Source: Hormiphora californensis (taxonomy: Eukaryota > Animalia > Ctenophora). From it: a stretch of 64,000 nt of DNA. Below, one piece after another: positions 37,085 through 49,000 of this stretch. Under the pieces are notes generated by a model. The model worked only from the letters and a program-made list of their open reading frames with translations. It made no database searches and was not told where the DNA came from. A program made the position numbers and the translations under genes. How positions within the stretch are numbered: position 1 is the stretch's first letter; each line of letters starts with the position of its first letter. The DNA is taken from assembly GCA_020137815.1 (NCBI GenBank), contig CM035356.1, positions 1,736,001 to 1,800,000 of the forward strand, written 5' to 3'.

Positions 37085-40000
37085 CTCTCTACATCCCTGA
37101 CACTTCGATAGCATCATTTACACATTTCTCACTGACTAACGGTTATACATCAGCAGAAATAGGTCGTGCCCTAGATTCATTTCCAGTTGAATTAGTGTCT
37201 ACAACTTTCTCTGGATTTCTTGTTATTTGACATTTGTCTATCTCACTTTCTATCCTTCTCTTCCATTCTCAATGTCTAGTATCTATCATTCTCTCTCTCA
37301 TTTTCTCACTTTTTACGGAAGTATTGCAATTAGTGAGTAAGTTTGTCTCGTATTTTTGATTGACATTCCGACCTATTTCCCACTGCGCCAGTTTCACTTC
37401 ATTTTGTTGCCTACCTGGTGTGTTCTGCTGCTTTGTGCACTTGATCATCCTCCTCCTTTTCCATCGTATCATCATGACAAGTACAATAACCAATAATAAC
37501 AACACTCCAATCTCTCCTGGGGAAACAGGGGTTGTGGAGAAGGCGGACGGGGAGAAAGGAGACACGGGTTTCGGGATTGTTGCCCCATCCAATAATTGAC
37601 TCATAATAATTGGCTACAACTCATCATTTCACGCATCTATAGTTATGTGTTGTTTAATTATCAATTATGTGTTATTATTTTGTGTTGTTTAATTATCAAT
37701 TAGTTACCTGAGACAGTTTCAACACTTATGGGCGAGGGGTTAACACACCGAAACATGGCACAAAATATAACGGAAAGAATGAATAATTGATAAGAAAGAT
37801 ATGTAGATAATACCGTTGCTAAAACATAGACCATAGTCATATCATGTATCATTATTCATCATGGATAAAGACGGACAGATATATAGAAAATAACTTCCTA
37901 CTTCATTTTGCTCTGTTGCCAATGCTGCTTTGTGTATAATACAGCTCAACTAAGAATACTAAAACATCATACCTCGCTCTGACTGAACTTCTCTTGTTGC
38001 ACCAAACATGGTATACTAACAATTCAACCTAGCAGGTCTAACACTTGGCACCCTTCCTTTTTTACTACTCAAATTATTACTGTTAATTTATTAATGCTAA
38101 ACTTTCTCAGCTCTCACCTCGATGCTAACGCTCAACAAGAATGCCCTGAACTCTGGCGATGTAACGACACTATACCAACTATACAGCTCCAGTGATCCAC
38201 CCCCAGTTGCCTTCCTACGCCTACCACAGGTATCAATAACACTGTTTATAGTTTGTAGTTTGTAGTTTGTAGTTCATTGTAGTTAATAGTTCATGAACTA
38301 TGACCTATGAATCATAGATCATACTTAGAACACTGCCTACTTTCCCGCACGATTGTTGCAGTGTTGGCGGATGGGCCGTATTCTTCACGTTACCGGTGCA
38401 CAACTTCAACTCTGCTCATGGGTCAGGACTCCGGCGTAAAAGTAAAATTAAAACTCAAATATTGGGCCATTTTTGATAAATAACAATTTTGTTTTCAAAT
38501 CAGCTCTTTGACAAAACTATCATATCATAGTTAACTAATAACTTTTTTTCTTCTTTTTTAAACACACACCAATCGGCATCACTGGTTAAGTCTATAAAGC
38601 TGACAAAAGGTTGGAAAAGCGACATTTAAACAAAAAAATAAACTTAAGCCTCGATATTTTCTACACTCCCACCTTCCCAAGCCAATAACTGCAAAATATT
38701 TATTTCCCAATTTTGATTATGATGCAAAATCTACGGCTTACTCGGTGAACCAGCCTACTGCCTAGAGACTCGATATAATTCAACAGCGTTAAGTTATTCA
38801 TTTGGTCCATTTTTAGCTACAGGGACATCTTGTTCGTCTGAAGAACTCCTAAACTTTTGTTTGCAGAATTTCAGTGCGTTAGATATCGTTTCGCTGTTGT
38901 AGAGCAGAGGATTGATGATGGCATTTATGGGCATAATGGTGAGAGAGAAAACCTGGTACCATGGTGACATATCGACCACCTCGGCCGTGTGGAGGGCACA
39001 ACAAATCAGAAACGGCATCCAGCAACAGAAATCCGTGACACAAACAAGCATAATTTTCCGGTTTAGCTTCGATGTAAGATTGCTTCCCTCCACAGAGTTG
39101 TTCCGTGCTACCAGAACCGCAATGACAGTGTGACAAACAGCTACAGTTAGGAAACAAGCGAATTGTAGGGAAATGTATGACCATACGAATGTTAGCTGGG
39201 GATCATCGGGAAGTACAAAGAACTTGAACAAACAAACTGGATCATTTCCATAGAAGGAAAACTTCTTGTGCTGTACCCCACCGTTATCTGTAGTAAACAT
39301 ACTGCTCACAATACTCCTGATCCTCGCCCAGGATAGGCCAGTTTCGGATCTGGTAATCATCCTGGTGCCATGGTATCCCTGGATAATCGGTAGGAGCTTC
39401 TCTTTCGTCATTACTCCTAGGAAGAGCTGAGCTGCATCTTCGTAGGCAATCCCGTTTACAAAGCCATCTTCCAAGCTGGGTATGATGGGGGTAACAGCAA
39501 AACTGACTGCAACGAAACTGATTGCGATCACCATAAGGAATACTTTCTTCTTGAATTTCTGGTCGATATCCTTGGACCTCCGGTATCGTAGACCGCGTTT
39601 AGTTCCCTGAAGCTTGAAGAGGCTGACTACAGCCATGGAGAGAGACGTGATGGTGGTGCCTGTTGTACTGATAACCCCAATGATCTCACAAGGCCAGCTG
39701 CTCACCCAAGCTAGTTGCTTCTCACAGAAACTATTTTGATAAGCCCAGTGAAAAGCTACCAGAATAAGTAGGTATGATGATGTAAGGAAGTCACCAAGTG
39801 CAATGAGGGTGGAAAAAACTTTGTTCACGAACGAACTGTCCGTCTTTGAAGCGTCATCCCAGAAGATACTTTTAAAGATCTGGACTAAACTCAACAATGT
39901 CCCGACTACGCCCATCATAGTTGTACAAACCATGATTCCGGTATTTTCAATCGACTTTCGATGGCAAACACTGTTGCATTCGTCCGAAAAATCAGGACAG

Positions 40001-43000
40001 TCAACAGTCCCATCGCACATTTGACTAACCGCTACATATCTACTGCTTTCGCTGCATTTAACGCTATTTTCGCAATTCCCTTCGTCTGACCCATCCCCAC
40101 AATCGTCCACTAAATCACAAACCTTGGTAAAGGGCAAGCAGAGGTAGTTGTCACACTCAAAAAAGTAGTTGTGATAGCCGTATCTGTCTTTTTCTATCAC
40201 AGTGACACCGGGTTGTGCAATGGAATACTGTGTATTCTTGATATTTTCACAAGATGAGTGCAGAATTGGTCTTTTCAGGGGACACTTTGTGTTATGACAC
40301 TGGCCACTGCAACTTTTTAAGACATACTGTTTTCCAAAGAAGTAGCGGCAATCAGTCTGAAGTTGAGAGACAGTTAGTCGAGTTGTGAGAGTTTTACCTT
40401 CAAACTCATGAAATGGATGAATGAAATCCTTTTCAGTACATGTGTCACCTATCAGCTCCCTGAACGATTCCAATCCTTTTTGGCACCACCCACTCCGTAT
40501 GATTCGATCGTTACCTTTAACAGTTTCGGTAAAAGCAGATCTAGTCACGCCTGAATGGGAGTTCTGGCAGGCTTTTCCTCCGCACGTTGCTGCAGTTGCA
40601 CAAACTTCTTCCAGCTCCAGGTATTTTAATGCCTCCTCCGGCCGACACAAGAAGACATCGCTACATTGCCCATCTCTCTGGACCCTGTTTGTAGATCCTG
40701 TTCCACATCTCTCCCAGCTGACCTCCTCATCCTCTCCCCCTTCACAATCTACGATGCCGTCTTGTATCCAATTGTAAGGAATGGGAAGTAGAGATGTTAC
40801 CTGAGTCATCCTTCGTTTACAACTCCTTTCTGTGAGCCTGCTACAGATATCAAGTTTCTCATCCGTATCTGAACTACAGTCGCTGTGACCATCACAGAGT
40901 CGGTGTTTGTGAACGCGGCAATGACGATCAGTTGTAAAACACTTCCCATCCAGTTTGTCATCGCACAGGATCGGCATATCTCTAACACACAGGATGTGGG
41001 TTGAAATTGTGGTTGGGAATCCATCTACCATGCATTTCCCCGCTACAAACCCCGAGTAGGAACAGTTTGTCTGATCATGTCCATTAGTACAGTACGGTTG
41101 GTACTGACTGTTGCCGGGGTCAAAAGAACTTCCTACCAATTGGTAATCACGTGGTAAATGAAAGCAACGTGTACGGTTGCTTAGCGGATACTCAAAGTTG
41201 AATCTCTGCTGACAGGTTTTTTTAAACTGTATCAAATCAGTGATTTCGTTCTCGAAAGAAACGATGGTAAAGGGGAAGATACCATAAAAAGAGATGACGC
41301 CATAGGCCAATCCATTACAATCCAACTCATCAATGCATCTCCAAGGTAAGTCATTTCCATAATCACACTTCCCGTCGCACACAAGATTGGGGCGAATAGA
41401 GAAGTTGAGGTTTGGAATGCGAGGTGCGGTGTAACTGTAATTAGAATCCAGTCGCTGATCTTCAGGGCAATATTGGTCATCTGTAAACTGGTAGGCGTGT
41501 TCCTTAGCATTCCAACACAAGCGACCACATGCAGGGGGAGAATCAAAAAGCCGGATCCTGACACCTCTATACGGAGATAATTTCTGAAACAGAAACCTGG
41601 CTATGCAAGCTTGGTAGCCTGCGGAGTCGTTTGGGCATAACCTTGTCACCAAACTAATTTTACCGCGTTGTTGAACAGAGATTCGTGTGTAGCCTCCGAA
41701 GGTGACGTTTGAGTTTGGGCACTGGAATATTTCAAATCCTGGATCAAACGAGCATGAGTTAGCAAGAAATGGACCAGTCTCTTTTATGCTGCAGTTGTTG
41801 TAGATGTCACAATTGACATGAAGCAGACAATTTCCAATTATAGTCAGCACTAGCACCCGCCACATTGGTGTAGAATTGTAGAAGTCAAGACATATTTATA
41901 CTAAAAAAAGGTCATGGGAATGATTCTTTGGAACAAATGGATTCAAAGTCAGACATATTTTTATATAAATGAATTATAGTAAGAGCTTTTATTTGGCAAT
42001 TTTATAATACAAATAGAGACGAGTTCAGGCACCAGAGAAAGTGACTATTTAAATGAGCTATAACAGCGCCTTTCATTTGGTAATTTTATAATACAGATAG
42101 AAAGTAGAGTTGTGAATAGAGCCAGACATCAAGTAACTATTTAAATGATTGTTAAGTAACAGCTATAATAGAGCCTTTTATTTGGTAATTCTATAATCTT
42201 TCTATGATGATAGTAGTATATGCTTAGAGTAAGAGAGTGAGATAAAGCTAAAATTAGGTCAGGCGTAACTAGGGCATTTAGCAAAAAGATCTTGAGTCAG
42301 ACACGTACTCATTTCATAGTTCAATAGCAAGGGTGCAGTAGAATAAAGTTCAGCTAGATTGTTTTTTAAACACTCTACAGCGTGGTGAAAGAGGGTCGAG
42401 CAAGGCAATCAAGATACCAGAACATATCGGTCCCTACTGGCAGTGTTACTATGTCACGATCTCTTCAATTCTATTTGAGTGATACTTTGAAATAAATAAA
42501 AGATACATATTTGTAATAAAAAATTTATCCGTAGAAAAAAGAAACAAAGACAAAAGGTCGGTTTTTTGAAGTTTTCCCCCCAAACACATGACTATGTGAT
42601 ATTTATCAATTTTTGACGTGCAAACCATACGTTAACATGTGATAGGCGTGTAAAAAACGAGCGCACGAGACGGGGGCGGGGGTGACAAAAATCAGACTTT
42701 ACAGAATATATCATGCCTTAATATATGCGTCAATATATTTTCCTCCTCACATAAAAATAATTTGAACAATACGAGTATGTATTGACGTAGAATATTTTTG
42801 GTGTCAAATCAATTGCTATCAGAGGTAATCTAAGGGCCAGGTCGGAGGCAGGAAGGGCAGGGCAGCCGGCAGAATACTATTTATTTCAACAAATCACAAC
42901 ACGTACGAGTATTAATGCAGTACAATAATACGATAGTGCTCGTACGCTAGTGAAACAATTATTGTTTTACTAGCGTTAGTTCTATCGTCAGTTTCAGTAG

Positions 43001-46000
43001 GGGTTCAATAAAGCAAGAGATGGAGCAGAGGAACATTTACCATCTCGTTTATTATTGAAACGATCTGGCTCACACTAGAACACACTAAAACAATTGTATT
43101 TCATTAACACTCATGTTTTTATTTGTAAATTGTAACCTATTCCGGAGAAATTCCATTTCTTCGTAGAGTTCTCCCTGAGGATCAATTCCTTAGACAATCA
43201 CAGTGACCATTTATTTTATGTTGTTTAGAGAACGATAGACAAGTTTTCGATTGTTGGGAATTCCAATAAGATACATGAATGCATATCAAAAAACATGAAT
43301 GCAGTTTATACAGAAACGACAAACACCTCATATATCACCGTTATCACAACTCACAAGGGCAAATACTGGGTAGGGGTGAGGCCTATTATATATGACTATG
43401 GGAGGCGTTATTCTCATATGGAATCGACAATGACATGTCAATTCGCATTACAACATTCATAAGGAATAATTAGGGGATCCGGCTGCTTTGACAACTCCCA
43501 CTGTTCTGGAATGAAGTTACGGGATAGGCGGTTGCACAATCCTCCATGAACCTTTCGGAAAGGGTAATCTATCAATCGCTGTCGCTGTAGTCATCACCAG
43601 TGGTATACTCCTCATCAGAGGCTGTCAGTATGTAGTCCGGGTTTCTGGAGTGATCACCTTCATCCACCTTCTCCTCTACCTATATATAGATGAGTACTGA
43701 TGTGATGGGGGAGTGTGAAGGGGGATAAAGATAGAGAGAAAGGGGGAGAAAGATAGGTGAAAGAAAGATAGTCAGAGAAACTTACATCTTTCACATAGGC
43801 TCGAGCGGGTCTGAATCGGGCACTTCTGGTCGTCACCGGGAAACTCTTGGACGGGACAGGTACCGGCGTGGCAACAGGAGCTCTTTGCATTGTCTAGAAA
43901 GTAGAAAACGAACAAAATGTAACACAAGTGGAGATAGGTTGATAAAATTAGGTCATGTTTTACTTTAAAAACAACAATTGGTGTACCTTTCCGAAAGAAG
44001 GATGGCCCGACATGAACACCTTGCACAGCTCATCATACTTCCTCTCATTACGCCAATTACTGGATCTCTTAGTTTGAGCCACCAATCTCTTCAAAGCGCT
44101 GTAAAGCAATAGTGTAAACGAAAAATTGATATAAGTAGTTGTCCTGTATTTCTTATTCTACTATTTTTTATTCTATCTACTACTGCATGCATAATGCATA
44201 TATGTATAGGGTAGCGACTGGCTATTTGAATGGCTAACCCCCTCTGCAGGCCAGCAGGTGCACCAGATTTGGATTTTTAGACATCAGTGGGCTTGGAATG
44301 AGTTCTGACTAGTCCACGGACGTCTAAAAATCCAAATCTGGTGCACCTGCTGGCCTGTAGAGGGGGTGTTTCAAATTAGCCGCCATTTCAAATAGCCAGT
44401 CGCTAGATGTCCCTAGGATTTCAACTTACAACTTCACAGATTTCTCCCGAACTGTGCTAACTCCATTGTTGACAAAAACAGCAAGTACGGCTCTTGATGT
44501 AAGGTTTAAGGCATTATCAATCTCTACACGACGTCTCTTGGTCCCGGACGCCACCTGATCCTCGTGCAAAACGGCCCGAAAATGTGCAAGGATATCACGC
44601 TTTGTGAGGACAATGTGAGGCTGCAATGTGTTGAACTTAGCTGATCCGATCAAATTGTTCAAGTCACCAAACGTCATACTGATAGGAAATGACTGAATTG
44701 AGTCTGATTGCTATACCATTCTTGATTTTAAACTGACTAGAGATCACGTTACATTGTCACGTGTTTGAGACGTAACCCCAGCTCAAAGAGATTGAGATTG
44801 GGAACTTCCCCTTTCCTTGAATCTTAATTCCAGGTCCAGTTACAGGAAGTCTTGATGGGGTAACTAATTGGAGTAGAACCCCTAATGAGCTCGATGATAA
44901 TAATTGACTAATTGGGGAGAGAGGTCACATTTTAACCCTTATCCCCCCCCCCCCCCAGTTGTTTGAGCTACTGGTGGACTCCCTCTACAGCCCTGTTGTA
45001 AAGTGGAGAAACACGGAACACACGGACAAGTATATCTTCATGCTGGCCTATGGGGTCAGTGTGACAGAGAAGTGGGAGGGAGGAAATAGGAGGAATGTGA
45101 ACACTAAACGCCTGGAACATACCATTTCTGCAATTCAGGTAGGGAGAGAAAGAGATGTGAAAATATTATTACGGGTCGGCCCAGAAAATATGAACCATTG
45201 AGATACCTTACCCTTATTATTTCCCTCTTTAAATTATGTATTTGAACTCAGAGCTGATCTATAATTCCAACTGTTACAGAAAACCCACAAGCTGGCGAAG
45301 TTGGACGATATTCAAGAATGGTACTGCAACATTGAAGCCGTTCTGAAGTTCCTCAAATTCCCTGTCGTTTCCATGGGGATATTAAAATACTGCTCTGTAG
45401 TGACCATGGATGGCTCTTACTTTAAGGTAGGTTGCTTGGGGGATAGGGTTGCTGATTTTAATGGTATCTTACAATTACCCCCCTTTCCTGGGTAGGAGAG
45501 GGTGGCATGATTAGATTGGTCTTACTTTTTCTCCTGCTGTGTTAGAACCGCCTTCTTGTATCTTTTCTAAATGACTCGTTCGTTACGTTGCATTTCGTTT
45601 CACTTTTGCTTGTCTCAGACACTAAAAAGGGCTATTTTCCTCAATAAAATGCAACTCAAATCTGCCTCTAGTTCTCATTTCCATCACACATGACCCCCCA
45701 GTTACCACTGAACTGTCTCTCGGGCCTGGCCTGGTCTCATTACTAAATTACAGCAACATTTTTGTCCAATATTACCCCCCGCCCCACCCCCACCCGCCCT
45801 CCCCCACCCACCTCTCCCAATATAGCGGACATTGCAAAACACCACACTACAGAGACAATCCTTGTGTTTTGGTGCACTAAGTCGCTTATCGCGTGTAACA
45901 ACTAACAAATGTTATTATCTATCTCATCCGAATCGTCTTCTAGAACATTTTACACTCTAGTGGTGCTACAATCTGCCCAACCCATTGTTTGTGTTTGATC

Positions 46001-49000
46001 GTTTTCGTTCTTTGTCACCATTGGAAATGTTTACACCTCTCATCTCATCACCAACAACATCACGGTACCAATCATTCATCAAGGTCGTAAGTTCACCTGT
46101 CCGTATTGTTTGTTCATTTATTGTGTACAGTTGATATTGTGAATGTAATTGACTATTCAATAATTAAGAGTAAGACAAGACATAGCTTGAAAGTGTGCCC
46201 CAGACAGACCAACAAATACGATAAACATCAAACCAGACCAAGACCCTCTCAAAGGCAAAACGTTACCTACCCGACCAAGACCCTCTCAAAGGCAAAACGT
46301 TACCTATTTTCAAGACCAAGACTCTCTCAAAGGCAAAATATTACCTACCCGACCAAGACCCCCTCAAAGGCAAAACGTTACCTAACGGACCAAGATCCTC
46401 TCGAATGTTCCAGAAATTTAAACCATGAGTCTCTTTCTCTCCCAGGGGAGAGAAAGGGACTCAGCGCCATAGTTACCACATACCCGGGTTGGTATGGAGG
46501 TTTGCTGAGCGTATCCCATGGTTTAGTGACAAACAAACAAACAAACAATCTTTTCTAAATTGTTGTTTTATCTTCATCTCCTTTTCTTTTTTATTCTGTA
46601 GAACACCTAAGCCAGTGTTGCAGTAATGACCCTTGCAATTAGCACCAAGCATGTATGCTCCATCATCTCATTATCTGTAGTTTCTATGGACACAACAGTT
46701 ACCCACTTAACAACAGCTTGAATATGACAGCTGGATGGGGAAACTAATGATATGGGTTTAACCATATGAGGGCGGTGGTACACAGACCTACTCAGTCGCG
46801 TGGGTGATATAGCGTTACATGACTTGCTTCATAGTTGTAACGCGCGAGATGGTTTGGGTAGGAGAGGACGCGCGAGTCCCGCTGCAGCAGTAGCTTCTTC
46901 CTCATCTTTCTTGTTTTGGTGTCCCTGAGTCTGAGCCTGGCTCTGAGTGAGATGGCAGTTATAGCCGATGCCCGATATGGCACTTGGTTACGAAATAACC
47001 ACTCTAAAGAGTGTGAGGGCTAGAGTGTGAGGGCTAGAGCGTCATACAAATGAAAACAAGAGGTTTTTTTCATTAATAGGACATGACAAAACCTATTGTT
47101 TTCATTTGTCCCTGAATAACAACTAGGGGAGCCACAGGTAATATGGGATACCTAACAACTTTTGGCCATATTTTTTTTCAGATGACAATAAAGTCACGCC
47201 GTCTTCATAGGTGTGTCTTATTTGGACCAGGCTAACACATTACCACCAAAATTACCCCAATGAATGCTCCACAACGGAGATCTGGCACTATCCCATATTA
47301 CCTTGAAAATTTGCAGTGGAATTTTATTTTGGTGAAATGGGATACCCATTTTTAACGAAAATGGGATATCCCATTTTATCAAAAAATTGGTATCCCATTT
47401 TATCAAAATTAATTTTCCTCAAAATATGGTAACTTTAAGTTGCACTTTGCTTGGATTAAACTAGTTTGTAATGGTATTTAAGTTTTGTTTATAATAAGTA
47501 AATGGTCTGAAGGCCCTATAATAGCCGGCAGCCGTGAAATCATGAAAAGTTAGGAACAAGCTACCTAATTTCTTCACCAACGGGTCCCTAAAGCCTCATT
47601 TTACACTACTAAGTTCAACAGGAGGGGTAAAAGCGTGAATAGGTTCATTTCCTAGCGGGGTTCTACCTGTATATAATTTCAGACAGGTCCAACATTTAGA
47701 AATTCTCTAAAATTTGCTAAAGAATTGGGGACCAAAGAGTTGATCGTTAACACATAAATGTGGATAATATTTAGTAACTGCTAAACTAAGAAAGCTACAC
47801 GGATACCAGAAACCTTTTGGTGTCTATAATAGAAGATTAGATTAATGAGAATTGAATAATTATATCCACACGTGTAGTCATATTTTGCAGTTGTCACTCG
47901 GTGCATTCTTTTCAGAGAATACAAGTTTTTTCGAGTTATGAACGAAATAGGCTATATTAATAATCGTAACTGAGAAGTTTGCGTTTAAAATGGCCGTTTA
48001 AACAGCCAAAATTTCACTATCCCATTTTTCAAAAACATGTTTTGGAAAAATGGGATAGTGAAAATTTGGTAAAATGGGGTATCCCATTTCAGTAAAATAA
48101 AAGTATCCCATTATACCAAAATCATGAGTTTCTATAATTAGCTAATTATAGTTAGACACGTTCATTCTGATGCTCTGATCTCTTCAGGTATCGCTAATAA
48201 ATATCTTGCTCATAAACTAAGCCAATCGATAATTTCTCAAAGAAACAGAGACGTGTGTACCAAATGAAAAAAGTGGCCTGAATTTTTACTTTCCGTATTT
48301 TAAGATGACGAGGATGCTAGTGTACCATCTAAACACTTCCCATCAAGGCTATAAACGGTTTCAGAACTAATCTAAGATCGCTAATAAGAGTTATTAACTA
48401 TTTATGAGCCTGTAACATGGCCAATCTTTTCAAAACACCAATTTCCCATTTTACCAAATTTCCCATATTACCTGTGGCTCCCCTATACAAATTGAAACTC
48501 TGCATCTTTCAGGGTAAAAAGTAATACTGAATCAAAAAAAACACATTTCCAAAACATTAAATCAGTGGCTCATCCTCTCCTTCTTCTTTCCTCAGCCTGT
48601 CCCAGGGTTGTCGCTCTGCACTTCCAAACACCACATACTGCAATGACCCCACCGCCCACAATATACTAGCACTAGCGAAGGCTAACTGCCATTGCTTGTG
48701 TAGTGCTGTATGGTTGGTTTGATCGACTGCATCAAGCAACTTCCCCACTGCAACAGGTCCCACCAACCCCGCTACAGCACAAACCCCATTCCCAATTCCG
48801 CACAGGACACCCGAGAACCGGGGAGAGAGGTCCATGTAGTTGACGTAGTAGGCAGAGTTGGCAAATCCCTGGAAGAACATGGCCAGGTTCATGAAAACCA
48901 ACACTGGTACATTTCTCTCGAACAGGGATGAACAAAAGAGGAGTATGGCGGGGAGAAACATGGCGAACATTGCACAGATTTTCCTCATAGTGGTAAAGGA

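Noticed and set aside
38065-38085. Minus-strand AATAATTTGAG resembling the recalled 3' end of a ctenophore spliced leader
   Set aside because: The match is short and AT-rich, is not followed by a GT donor, and has no recognisable SL RNA structure.
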